From NCBI RefSeq assembly GCF_009914755.1, contig NC_060934.1: DNA of 64,000 bases. The stretch is one strand, 5' to 3'. Under the pieces are notes generated by a model that was not told the DNA's origin, did not search any database, and worked only from the letters and a program-made list of their open reading frames with translations. This DNA is from the human T2T-CHM13v2.0 reference genome, Homo sapiens. Positions 46,045-59,818 of this stretch are shown in pieces (position 1 is the stretch's first letter; each line of letters starts with the position of its first letter). Made by a program: the position numbers and the translations under genes.

Positions 46045-48898
46045 CACAAATTATTTACATATCATTCTACCAGACTTATAAATAATTTTTCTTATTCCAA
46101 AATAAATTCTAGAAATTTCAAGATGGTTGCTTTAAACACATAGCATAGACCATTTAGAAATAAATGTGGAGATTATGTCACAGATAAGTTTTAGCTTTGT
46201 TTAAAGATAAAAGCTATAAAATATTGTGAGGGCATTCTGTATCAATGTAGGAGTAAATCAGAATTTGAAAGCATTCTAAGGTCAGATGTCCAGGATTATA
46301 TCACCAAAAAAGCATGTGACTGGAATTGAAGTAACACAGCTAAGCTCAACACACATAACAATACATGCTTTGCCAGAGTGCAGTGTTTATTTCTTGTTTT
46401 TTTTCTTCCTTTTATAGGAAAAAGAAATGCAACTTTTTCAGAAGTTTACATCGTCTGACATTGCTTTGGTTTCAGTAAATAAGGTCAGAAAATATGAAAG
46501 TATTTAATTATTCCCCAAAATTCAACAATAAATAAAGAAAATGTGGACCTTATTTATTTTATGACTACCACATATTTAACATCCCGTTATTCTAAAAGTT
46601 TCTTTCATTTGTTCATTAATGTTGTTATTCAACATGACTGCATGCCAGCAATGTCTCTAGTAGCTCTCTTCTGTGTACTGGCAACGCAGTGATTCCCAGC
46701 ATCGAGGCAGTAACTCCCAGAAGGAATTGGTTGTGTTTATAGAACAACTGTGAGGCAGAGAGATGACATTTTTTCTTTGCATAAATGCATAATGTTGCCT
46801 GAATGGGTATCACTACATGCCAGAACGGTGCATCAGCCAAGCCGAGGCAATGTTTGTATGTGCTTGGTAACATCGCTGTAAGAACATTCCTCTTAGTAAC
46901 TTCCCTTTTTGGGAAGTTGCCTATTTCTGAACACTCTCCCCATCCATACTCCCAAACTCATTATTTTTTTTTCTCTTCTGGTGTTCTAGAGTTTTTCCTC
47001 AACATAGAGTGCTATGCCCTGATCATCACTGATCATCACTTATTTGTTTTTATTTGTTTCTTATTCACCATTTTATGTCCTGCTCTTGGCACAGTGCCTA
47101 GAATAGGACAAGAGATTAACAGATATGTTTAGAGTGAACTGATGCAAATTTACAGTTTATATGAAGATCAAAAACTGCCCTGAGTAGGAAGTCAGAAGAG
47201 GGAGGAGAACATACCCTATTCCCTTACCAAACAAGCATTGCCAACTGTGAGCTATATCACTACCCCCATCACTGAAACATGCAGTACAAACACAGTGAGA
47301 ACCTTCTCCTACCCTGGAAGAATTAACCTCTAATTCCCTAAGCCATCTATTGTATGTTATAAATTAACTTTCATATGCGTATAGAGTGTTCTGTATCATC
47401 CATAGAAAAATTGACAAAATAGTCACCCAAATCAGTTTCTGTGTTCTATGATTCAGAAAAGGAAGTGACTTGAGAAAGGCTGAGTATCCCCCATGGCTAT
47501 TTGGCAAACCTTCCATACTCTATAAATGCATTTGTACTGAGTAACTGTAGATTATTGCACTCTTGGCTGATTTCTTTCACTTTCCTCTATTTTGTTTAAT
47601 CTTGACCAGTTTAATTCGTATTGGTGGCAGGAATCTATACTGTAACTTTCTTATTTTAATGCACCACTAGTAGATAATAGTTCTTCCCTCTGTAAGTCAA
47701 AAGCCTCTCTGTCAGCCTTTCTACTACATCATTATGAAGCTCTGCGCAGCAGTAGTTTCTTACTTCTGGTACTTTCTTAGAGCAGCAATTCTGCTTTTAA
47801 ATTTTTCTCAGTTGGCCATGAGGACAGTCAATGTCAAGGAATTCAAAAGACTGGGGGAAGGGAAACGGACCTAGAAGCCCTATATAAAGTCTGTTATCTG
47901 GCAGCATAGAACCTAATCTAGGGACAGCCAGAATATCAAGTGAAGAAGAGATTGAGGAATACTGGGTGTTTCCAATACCATGGATGTCTATTGACTGCAT
48001 AACTCAACATCTTATTTTTTTATTCATCATTCTCCTGATAAAAACAGGACTTGCTCTCCTCGTATTATGCTGTTCTTGGTAGGAGCTCAAATCTCAAAGC
48101 AGGTGAGACAAGAAGATGAAAACAAGGATGTTTGGTCACTTTACATAAATTTTTACTATAAGGAAAATATAGCCTTCTCCCTTCTGTTTCCATTAAATAA
48201 AATAGGGCTCACCAGTTTGCTTAATCAGAATACACCCTGGCTATTTTTTGGCTATTTTACCACTTTAATCTGCCAACCATTCTTTCAAAATAGATGTGAT
48301 AAAAACAGTGCAACCTGTGTGTCTCTCCAGGACAATAAGTAGAGTGTTATTATAAATACAGGAGAAGCACACTTTTCATAGATCCTTACTGGGCTACTGA
48401 ATTTCTAGAGTTAAGGTCTACATCTAAAATCCCAAACAGTATACATAGCAGCCTGGAGATATTTTCTAAAATATCTGATGGGGCTAAATGATACTGATAA
48501 ATAAAACAAATGATTCAGTTAGAGTTTATTTTGTATGTGAGAGATATTTGCCATTGTTTGATCACTTAAAAAATTAAAGATAAACCCTACTTAGACTGCT
48601 CCTTTCTTCAAAAGCCTCAGTCTGTCGTGGGGGTGTGGACCAGACAAAACAGATCCCCACTTGGTGCAGGTAACTGAGGAAAATGAGATAAAGTGTACTT
48701 CCTTACTTCTTGATGATTTTTCTCTTCAACTGAACTACTAGAATAACAATGTATTTGATCATCTAAATATGTAAATATAAATATATAATAGCAATAAAAA
48801 CAAATACTTCTGGGCTATTTACTGTGAGTGAGCAGGTACTATTCTAAGCTTTTTACCTGCATTAATTAATGTAATTATTACAAAAGCCCCATGCAACA

Positions 48899-49388
<490 letters not shown>

Positions 49389-49495
49389 TGAAAATAAGTA
49401 TATTGATAAAATATTAAAAGGCAATATTATTAGGTAAAACTAGTATTCTTTGTCACTAAATTTTGTTTTCATCACCACTTAATTAAACCTTGGCT

Positions 49496-49524
49496 CACGA
49501 AAATTTTTATTTTCTCAAAAAAGG

Positions 49525-49548
<24 letters not shown>
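49496..49548 (+). mobile_element. Minimal poly(A) retro-insertion with 11-bp TSD
   Basis: AAACCTTGGCT at 49485-49495 and 49549-49559 flanks 21 unique nt, AAAAAAGG and a pure A run (49525-49551). Confidence 0.8.
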
Positions 49549-49555
<7 letters not shown>

Positions 49556-50549
49556 GGCTTAGGTGAGGACTTCCCTCCTAGCGATTTGCAGTTTCCTCAT
49601 TATAAAACATGGTGCATCTTCCTGGTGGCAAAGTTTAATACCAGTTCTCACTAAATGGTCTCATGTGCATAGAGAAAATGGCTATCTGTTTATACAGATT
49701 GTGTTGTCTGTGGTGATTCCATACTCTTTCTCTTTCTGCATGAGAAATAGAAAAACCAAGATGATGTCTGAAATCCTCAAGAGTTTCCCCCAAAGCAGTC
49801 ATTCTAGTGATCATTGTCTCCCAATTCAAAAACTTATTAAGGAACCAAGTGACTGGTTCTTTCAAATAGCCACCCTCCCCTTCCCCACAGAGTTCCTTGC
49901 TCAGCGCATTACCATCTCTAGTTATCCTGTGCATAGCAAAGATGATTCCTTACTGGGGCCTGGCCCCTGGAACATTTAAAAGCACGATTTAGAAAGAGAA
50001 GCAGCTTTTAAATGCAGTTATATGCTGCTTCCCTCAGTAGTACAAATGTCATGTAAATCCTAAGTGAGCCTTTTATTTAAACCAACTATACAAACATGGG
50101 TACCCCAAATAAAATTTGCTGCATTTTAAATCCTAGACAAATTCATGGTAACAAACAGCCTCAGATTCCACTATGTATAATGAGGAAGATTTATAGTTCC
50201 TTAGCTTGTGTTTCAGCACCTAGTTTGCCGCCCAAATAATGAGGCTACTTTAATTAAGAATTCTAGACTCCCAAGCTTTTAAAGCAGTGGCCCATTGAGT
50301 GATGCAAATAGAAAACAACACATACCATTCCTCTCCCTTCCTCCTACCCCACATCTGCTCCTTGGCTTGAGAGGTGGGAGCATGTCACAATGTCCTGGCA
50401 ACTTGTGGACTAGGGCAGGTCATACAATCCTCAAACTAATGTTAAATACATGGTTCATTGTAGAATTCCACAGTTATTTGTCTGTGAGGATGCATTAAGG
50501 ATAAAAGTCAGGATGATCAGCAGACCCACAACACAACAAATCCATAATC

Positions 50550-50820
50550 AATAACAGCCAACTTTAACTGAACACTCACTGTGTACAACGCATGGTTCTA
50601 AATGCTTTACACATTTTAACTTATTTTGTCTTCATAGGGAAACTATGATATAGGCGCTATTCTTTTCATCCACTTTTTACAGATGAGAAAATCGAAGCAC
50701 AGAGAAGTTAAATAACTTGTCAAGATCATACTGCTAGTTGGAGGCAGAGCCAAACATTTGAACCCAGGTGTTACAGCTTCAGAATCCCTGAGCTTAATCA
50801 TTATATTCCAGCTGCCTCTC
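50550..50820 (-). mobile_element. MIR SINE
   Basis: tttacagatgagaaaatcgaagcacagagaagttaaataacttgtcaagatcatac core. Confidence 0.88.
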
Positions 50821-51057
50821 AGAGTAGTTTTATGCTGACTGTCCTTCTCTTCCTGGCTTCAGAGATGAAGAAGTATTTTATCAGCTCCTTACTCAGATTT
50901 ATGGAAAAGACAAATTTCAGAAATCTCCTGTTGTATTTTTTTTTGGAGGGTGGGATGGTTTGAAACTTTCTCATAAACATTTACTGAATAAAAAGACCCC
51001 TTATAACTCTCATATGTTTCTAGCAGAGAACCTCTGGATAATTAAAGGTAGTTAGTG

Positions 51058-51240
51058 GGCTGGGTGCGGTGGCTCACGCCTGTAATCCCAGCACTTTGGG
51101 AGGCCAAGGAGGGCAGATCATGAGGTCAGGAGATCAAGACCATCCCTTGCAGTGAGCCGAGATTGCGCCACAGCACTCCAGCCTGGGCGACAGAGCAAGA
51201 CTCCGTCTCGAAAACAAAAAAAAAAAAGAAAAGAAAAAAA
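51058..51240 (+). mobile_element. AluY-like element with large internal deletion
   Basis: Left arm stops at gagatcaagaccatcc and joins cttgcagtgagccgag of the right arm (junction ~51145); A tail present. Confidence 0.92.
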
Positions 51241-54200
51241 GAAGAGTAGTTAATGCATCCCATTTGTACTTATATCTGTGACACTTTAAGAATCCAATGA
51301 GTACAAAAAGCATCAACATAGGTCACAAATGATACAAGCAGAGCAGCATACCTGGAGAGTGGGTGATTTCTGAGCCCATTTTATCTCACTACATCCAACC
51401 ACTATGAATTCGCTAATAGAAATATGTCAGTTTCAACCTTTTCAGTATTCCTGACATTTATTTAAACTCAAGGAATGAAGAGGAAATTTCACTGTAGGCT
51501 ACAAAAGCAATCAAGTCATTGGACCATCTCCATTGCAGTTTCAAACTAGCAAACTTCATTCCTCTGTGGGAATTCAGGATGATTCTCTATTTCAGAGTCT
51601 AGATTACAAGTCAGAGTATAAGAAGAGCCCAAGTCTTCTTTATCTTACCCATTAATGTGTCAGTAATGTGTCGCAGGTGCCTAGAAGTGTTCCTGGCAGA
51701 TAGTAGGCACTGAGTACATATTGGTGAATGGACCAGTTAGAACAAAAGAGTTATCTTTGAGTCTGGTTTCATTAATTTCATTTAAGGTAACCAGGTAAGA
51801 CTTTTTAATTCAAATTTATTATATAATTCCTGCAGGATTCACAAACTGAAATATAGTAGGCAAGAGAAATCTTTGTTCAAATTTGTACATCTAAGACTAT
51901 TTCAGTTGTCCCAGGACTTGTCAATTATACTACCAGCATTTGGCAACAGGTTGAAGATAAAAGCCTCCACCCACCCAAAACACATACCCCAAACTCACGT
52001 GAAAAGTGGTCTCTCGAATCAGACCTAAGCTTAAATTCAAACTCCACCACTTAAGAACTGCATTTTGAACCTCTTGTAACTTCAGCTTTCTCAACTCTAA
52101 AATCCAGTAAGAATGCATACAGGAGTTACGGTAAGCATTACATTAGATAATATATCAAAAGGGCTAGCACAGTGCCTGGCATACAGGAAATGCCTAATAA
52201 GTGGATGGAAAGAGTGGAGTGGGAACATGCTGAACCCTCTTTCATTCTGAGGCTCATTCTCCATGTAATTTTTAAAATCTTCACTTTTTATCCCTAAAAA
52301 CACAATTTTTCTTTCAAAGAATCTATTTGTGCTCCTCTAGGTCACTGAAAGTCTCAGAGAAGAATTGTGATAACTTCTAGTAATTTGCTAGGGGAGCTTG
52401 GCAAGAGTGGATCTCATCACCATGGCACTGAGAAATCTCATACTCATAATGAGAATATGTTTCACAAAATGAAAGAATTATATAGATTCTAGCTTGTTGC
52501 TAGGGCCGGGTCCTCGTTTAAATTAATGTCAAGCTGTATTTCCAAGTAATTCTAATGAAAAGAGCCCTTGACTGTCCCATACCCTAAAGATTCCAATATA
52601 ATGTATTATTTTAAATATTAACGTGTGGAAGAGCCTCTTAGACTCTCTTGTCCCAGTCAGGAATTCTGTTGCTCGTACTGGGGAAATATGACATTTTTTG
52701 TCACAGAAAAAAATTGTGTTTAATTGGTGATATAAACCAAAAAATATAAAAGATGCATATTGGACATAAAATCATTTCATTAGCTTACAATAATTAGTGT
52801 TATCACTAGCAATGTAATCCTAAGAGAAGCAGACTGTTGGATTCAAGGCAGAAAGGAAGGGAAATGAAGCTAATGTTTTAAAATTTATGTAATGTACCAG
52901 AAGCTAGGATATTTAACCACCAGCACTTACTGAGCTTAGTACGTGCCAAGCTCTGTGCTTAGTAATTTTATTCCCATGCTCTTATTTAATGCTCACCTAT
53001 TCTTTGAGGTGTGTAAAATCTATCCCAAGTGAGAAAACTGTAGCACAAAAGGGATAACTTGCCCAAGGTCCTTTAAGAAGTGGTGAGTTCAGAACTTATA
53101 CCCCAAAAATCTGGATCCCAAGTCTAAGATTTCTTATGCTACCATTTCATGTTCCCTGTTGAATTAAGAGGATGATAAAATCTTGACCCTCATAATTGGA
53201 ATTATTAGGGGTACAGGATCTAATTTTATGATTAATATACAGCAAACTACACTGTCATATAGGAGGACCATTTCACAGGCTCTTCAAGAACTGAAGTTTT
53301 GAAGATGCACTTTGGATCCTCTCTCAAATGAGGAATAAAGTAGATCTCAATCTCTCTGCAGATCAACTGGTTCTAACTGAACTCTGCAATTGTGGAGTTT
53401 TCACTTATCATGATTTTGTTGTGTTTGTATTACTATCCAATTTCAGATCCACAGGTTACACACGATAAGTTTTCTTTATTCACTCACCAACTTCTCCCAG
53501 CCCATGACTCTTTCTCCAAAACCTTTCCTGTGTATTGTCATAAGTAGGTTTCATAATCAGAAATAAAAAGAGAATCACATTCATGCCAACTCAACTCACT
53601 GGGACTGGTTTCTGAAGGCATGCTTCAGACCCTTCACTTGCTTTTCAGACAAGACTGAAAATAATTGGTCTGTGCTAGGTCTGTTTTCATGAAATTATTC
53701 TGAAGAACAGTCATTATGTTGGGAAGATTCTACTTTATCCATCTCCATGGGTTTGCTAAATGAGAACAGCAGTTTGTTGAAAAGGCAGTTGTAAGATTTT
53801 AAAACCAACACATTTAATAAAGTCCAGTTTGGTTTCTTACACATTTCTACGGACATGACCTCAAATCCCAAAGTTTAAACCACTTTGACTTTGGAAAAGA
53901 TATCCATCTGTAGCTATAATGTATTAACTTTTCTCCACAATGTTCAGGATGCTATGATGAGTTCAGAAAAAAAAAAGTCCTTATAAATATACAGATTTAC
54001 ATCCTACAACAATGTCATGACTATTAAACTATGTGATATTTGGTCAGTTCGTGGGATATTTGTTTTTATAATGGGTTCCTAAAATGTGTTCCAGACTGGG
54101 AGGTGGACCCATGCAGAACTCTTCTATGTCTTGGGATTTATAGTGACCTTTGCGGCTTTCACATATAGAAGTGGTTTAGCAAAACTGGAAGAGTTTCCAG

Positions 54201-55101
54201 ACCAAAGACCTTGGCTCTAATCCTGGCTCAGTTGGTAGGATTCACCTAATTTAAACATATTTTCTCATCTCTAAAATATATGGATTGAGCTAGATAATTT
54301 CTAAGGTCCCCAAGAAGCCTAAAGGGAAGAGGGAAATCTCTAAAGCCTCCTTCTACTCCTCCACCCCATATACACACACCTTCTTCACTTCTTCCCCTTC
54401 CCATTGCTTAACACCACTGGAAGCAGGGTGACTACTGGGATTGGTCTGATTTCCAGATTCCAGGACACTACTGGACAGGGTCGCTGTGCAGTGGAAGGCA
54501 CTTGGGGGTGGCTCACCATTCCCTGTGCAGCTGGAGTTGGGAGTTGGGCCCCCAAGCTTTCTTTCCATGCTGCTCTGCGCTCTCTTCCTCTCCATGAACT
54601 GCCAGCCTGAGCCCATGACTCTATTCAAAGGCTAGTCATTTTAGAAACTGGATTGGAAACAATTACATTCTTTCTTAACAGTCTTACACTCTCCTGTCTC
54701 TATCTGTGTAGTTCCACTCCCATGCAGCTGGAAGATATGATAGATTGGATATAACTATCTGACAGGAAAAAAAAATATCCTCATACAGTCCAATCAGTTT
54801 CACCAGAGTTCTATAGACTAAGACCTCAAGCTCAAACCCAACTGTCAAACATGTAGCTTTGTGCATTTCCCCTCTGTGTGTTCCACATGCATGTATCTTC
54901 CCAGAGGACCTTCCAAGGAGGATAGGAGGCTGGGCCTGGGTGGGAAGAAGATGTTCTGAATCCCTTGGCTCTAACACTCTACCATCACCAATAATACCAT
55001 ACCAATAGGATGGTTTAGAGAATCTCTTTTGATTTTAAAAACAACTATAAATAACAATTTTATCAGAAATTGGTTTATGACTTGATTAATGTAGAGCTTA
55101 C

Positions 55102-55365
55102 CTGACAAATATAATATATGCCAAAAATTCACTTGTCTGAATTAGTTTGCATAGAATCCAAACCCCTCTCTTTCTCAGAGTATCTCTAACTCTATTTCTT
55201 TCCTTCACTGTCTCTTTCTTTTCCTACAAACACACACTATACTGTGAGCATGTAGGTGTATCACAGCATCACATTGAGAGAGACTGAGTCTGCTCCTTCC
55301 CAGCCAAGCCATCTGAACCGAGGAGTCTCCCTTGATGACCCAAAAAAGAAATAATAGAATTGGTG
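55102..55365 (-). promoter_or_regulatory. Candidate promoter and non-coding first exon (speculative)
   Basis: Minus-strand CCAAT (55359-55363), Inr-like TCAGTCT ~76 nt downstream (55281-55287), and strong donor CAG|GTAAGC at 55102/55101, all in non-repeat sequence. Confidence 0.3.
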
Positions 55366-55394
55366 CCCGTTTTTCTTGTTGACAGCCCACATAC

Positions 55395-55395
55395 A

Positions 55396-55431
<36 letters not shown>

Positions 55432-55451
55432 AGAGACACACACACACACAC
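55395..55451. repeat. Compound (CA)n(GA)n(CA)n microsatellite
   Basis: Read directly. Confidence 0.95.
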
Positions 55452-56639
55452 GCAGCACCTAGCTTATATTTTACCACACTCTGGGAACTGTGCACCTCAA
55501 ATAAAAGTCACTGCAACAGTGGAGAGTGAATTATCAAGGACATATCCCTGAAATGAGAAAATCTGCAGGCAAGAGACAGCTGCCCTCTATGCCTAGTGGA
55601 GCTTGGAGAGTCCTCTTCACCAGCAGCAAAGCTGAACAGAGCTCCCTTCTGCTTTTCCTTTAGGGCAGTGACTTATCAATAGTGAAACTTTCCAGGTCCT
55701 TAGCCTCCCATCCTCTCATGAGAATCCTATCATTTCCACACCATTGACTGGAGCCTAAATGCTGCTTTTGGTATGGAAGTAAAGGAAATAAAGCTTAAGG
55801 AATATTCAGCAGCCACCTCCTTAGGCACTTATGAAAGCTCAACTTAAAGGGTCATGTCTGGCTTCCCAGGGCAGCAAAGAGAAAGGAGAGAAAAAAGCTT
55901 TCAAGAGCTGTAACCTTCCGGCATTCGTTCAGTCAGTACTTTCTTTCCATAGTGATAACAAATGCAGGCTATGTCAAAGATTTTTAGTTTTTCCTAACAC
56001 TCCCTGAGCAATTCTCAAGCTGTTGCCATAAGCAGCTCATGTTTTCTAATGCACAAGAGCATTTTAGTAATTAGGCATGAGATGCTGCTTACCATTTTAG
56101 AACTTCAATATTGAAGCCTAGTAGAGGAGGTTTTGGCTGAGTCTTCTCAGTTTACAAGGGCTACTTACTTGTACCATTTTTTTTTTCAAGAAGAGTCCTG
56201 GGTACAATGACAAGCTGGGACCAAACCCAAGGCAGAGCTGGCTCCCCATAGAGTCCCAGAAAGTGAGAACTGTACCAAGCACTTCCCTTTGTACTGCATA
56301 ACAGCAGGGGAGAATTATGATAAGGGAAGGTAGGAGGGAAGAAAAAGGAGGGAAGGCCAGGGCTGACCAAAGATGGAAAAAGAGGAAGTTAGAGGACATA
56401 GTCTGGCAAAATCTGGTTACCTTCCCTCCTTAGGCGGAGGTAGGAAATAACAAGGAAGGTGCTTGATGACACTGCATTTCTTGGGGTGGCATGAGGGAAG
56501 AGGGGAAGGGCCCTACATTCTGGAATAACCACACAAGCTCTTTACCTCATTCGGCTCCCTCAACCTCCATGCAAACGCAAATGGCTAAACCTCCTCCATA
56601 TAATATGCTGCCCTAGCCAGGAATGGACCCCAAAATTAA

Positions 56640-58050
56640 ATCTGTTATTTCTTGTAAAAATATTACATATTCAGAGTAAAATCTTCAATTATGCAAAATG
56701 GCATATGATGAAAGGTAAAATTCCTTTGCCTGTCACCTGACTTCCCCTCATGTGCCCTTGCTACAGAAACTCACACTTAACAATTTATTTTACATCCCTA
56801 GAGAAATTATTCATATATGCAACTGCACCTATATATAATGCTTTTGTAAAAAATATTCAAATGAGAATCACGTAAAGCATACTGTTCTGTCACTTGCTTT
56901 TTTAACTCAGTGTATTTGAACATTTTTCCATAATCATACACCAGACCAAATTCACTGTTTTAAGGACTGCATAGTGTTTGGGCAGACCATACCATGAGAG
57001 TCTTCTCATAAGTGACCATTAGATAACTTCCACTTACTTTGCATTACAAGCCATGCTGTAGTTAAGTTATTTGTACATCCATCTTTGTGTACCTGTGAGA
57101 GTATATCTTAGAAGACTGGAATCCTAGGCTTAAGAAGTATATAAATTGTAAATTTTGGTAGGTAATGTCGGATTGCTCCCAACAATACTGCTTACAAGTT
57201 TTTGCTTTCCAATGTCCTTGCCAATACCCAATATTCACTAATAGGTAAAAATTGTATTGTATTATTTTCATTTACATTTCTTTAATTATGAATAAAACTG
57301 GGTATATACCCACTCATTACAAGTCCTAAGTATGGATTTATAATGCCCTATTTACAGACACATAAATATACACAGAAACATTTCTCCCAGGAAGGACCTA
57401 TTCATATCCTTTACTCATTTTCCTTTGTATTGTTCATTCATTCCTCTTAATTTGTAAGGATATATAATATGAAATTACTGCATTTTTATCAAAGGGCTTT
57501 TACTTTATTTATAGTACTGTTTTAATACTGAAGTTTTTATGCTTTTTTCAGTAGCCCAATTCATCGATCTTGTGCTTCATAACTTCTGGGTGTTATGTCA
57601 GGCCCCAAGGGCTTACCAACTCCAAAATTATTTTTTAAAATCACTGGTATTTTCTTCTAGTATGATCATGTTTTACTTTTGTAAGTATAAATGTTTTAAT
57701 TATTTGGAATTACTTTTGTGTAAGACATGAAGTAAGAATCTACCTGTATATTTTCCCAAAATTTTCAGTTGTCCAAACCTAATTTATTACTAATCTAATT
57801 TTGCCTCACTGATTTCAGATGAAATTGGGCACATTCAGGGTGGTATGGCTGTAGACTGCGCCGCTTATTTCAATTGTCAAATGCCAAAACATATGCAGGT
57901 CTTTTTCTAGACTCTGTAATATGTTTCATTGATTTTTTAATTTTTACCTCAGTTATAAACTGATTTAATTCTGTAACTTTTTATACATTTCAGTATCTGC
58001 TAGGGTTAGTCTTTCCTCATAACTCTTCTTTAGTATATTTTATTTTCAAG
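56640..58050 (-). mobile_element. Very old L1 (L1ME-like) 3' region
   Basis: T-rich degenerate L1 motifs (gcatactgttctgtcacttgcttttttaactca; ttccacttactttgcattaca; attttcatttacatttctttaattatgaat). Confidence 0.7.
57815..57856 (-). pseudogene. 5S rRNA 5' fragment (nt 1-42), tailless retropseudogene
   Basis: Minus strand GTCTACAGCCATACCACCCTGAATGTGCCCAATTTCATCTGA vs 5S GTCTACGGCCATACCACCCTGAACGCGCCCGATCTCGTCTGA: 36/42 identical, five of six changes at CpG sites. Confidence 0.92.
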
Positions 58051-59381
58051 CTGGAAAAGTTAGAAGCAGACTCTCTCTTCAAAGGTAGAAGTTTGCATTT
58101 GCTTTGAAGGATGACTATGCTGGAGCTTTGTGAAAAGCCATTTGAATAGGTCCTCTGGTTATGTAACACTTACCTATAGCTCTGGGGAAGACCTCAATGC
58201 AAACTCGGATGCGTTCTGTTCCAACTGAAGCCAAATGTTCTGTTTAGAAATATAAATTGGGCAAATCTTTTAGCAGAACTGTTTCTACTTATATAGTCAA
58301 TAGAGAACTGTTTCTTCCCTAAGCATGGATTTATAATATCCTATTCTTATATATGAATTCATGTGACAGAGAAATATGTTTTCCTGCCCTGGCAGAATTT
58401 GTGCCCAGGAGTTGCAGAGACAGGGTGAAGGAGCCAGTGCAAGAGAGAGGCCAGAATGGAATCCTGATTCTGTCTTCAGCCTACACTACAAGAGAGACTG
58501 TAGGAAACAAAAAGAAATAAAAGGAAAAGAAAAAACAGGTCTGGAGAAGGCAGCCCATCCTGAACCTGAGCTCTTTATTCCACAGTTTGTGTTATCAAAG
58601 ATTGAATGGGCTGAATTGGGAAAATGTATATTGTTCTGATTTATTCTGAAGCCTTCAGGGAAACCCTTATTTCTGTGGCCTTTTCCTGTCAGGGAAAAGA
58701 GAATGACTATTCCCAATCATCCAGGAAGGGGAGTGAGGAAATGTGGATATTTGGAGGCCTTTAGGGTCTGTGGGCCTAGCCTCCAGGTAAGAGAGATGTG
58801 CTCAAGGGCAGTCCACGGTGAGTGGTTGGGTAATGCGTGGGTGGTTTTGAGAGCTGTAAAAGAGGTACACCCAGTAGATAGCCTCACAGAGGAGCTTTGA
58901 AAACTGCCATGTCTGGAATCCTTTTTGCATTCTCTGTTGTGATTCACTTCTGAAACCCCTAAGCCTTCACAAAGCTTTGGACTATCTAACAAGCAATTAT
59001 GGGGGGTTTAAGGGAAGTGGTTTGCCCACTTTGGGGAAAGTGGTCGAGACGCATGCAGCTGCAGGGTGAAGAGAGGGGAAACGGAGCACAGACAGCAGCC
59101 AGATAACTAAACTGACAACACTCCCCACTCCCAATTTCTCTAACATGTGAACCTTTACCTGGGGGTCCCAGAAATGCTGAAGTGGGGAAAGCTGGGATAC
59201 ACTGGAATTCCTACAGGCAGACAAAATTGGGTACTGAGGGGAAGTGTGACCTCACATCTGCTGAAGAATAATCATTTCTTGTAACAAATGCTCAATTCTT
59301 GTAATTTCTACTTTTGTTGCTAAAAGTGAGGTATCCTTTTACTCATTAAACTATTTAAGTTTTTCAAACAGGCCAGCTTCT

Positions 59382-59818
59382 TTTTTATGTTTTTGTTTCA
59401 AAAGTTTTGAGGTACAAGTGGTTTTTGGTTACATGGATAAATTCTTTAGTGGTTATTTCTGAGATTTGAGTGCATCTGTCACCTGAGCAGTGTACACTGT
59501 ACCCAGTATGTAGTCTTTTATCCCTTAACCCCCTCCCAATCTTTCCCCTACCCTGGCTCCCCAAAGTCCATTATATCACTCTTATACCTACGCATCCTCA
59601 TAGCTTAGCTCCCACTTATAAGTGAGAACACACGATACTTGGTTTTCCATTCCTGAGTAACTTCACTTAGAATAATGGTTTCCAACTGCATCCGAGTTGC
59701 TGCAAAAGACATTATTTCATTCCTTTTTATCACTGAGTAGTATTCCATCATGTATATATACCCCATTTTCTTTATCCACTCATTGGTCAATGGGCACATA
59801 GGTTGGTTTCATATCTTT
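59382..59818 (-). mobile_element. 5'-truncated L1PB-type element flanked by long direct repeats
   Basis: L1PB 3' end motifs; ORF 59605-59799 matches the ORF2 C-terminal/3' region (CPLTNEWIKKM..MEYYS). Confidence 0.92.

Noticed and set aside
46636-46691. Possible pre-miRNA hairpin ACTGCATGCCAG...CTGGCAACGCAGT
   Set aside because: Only ~12-14 bp of stem with a bulge and a large unpaired loop, and no match to a miRNA I recognise. The block may still be a conserved non-coding element.
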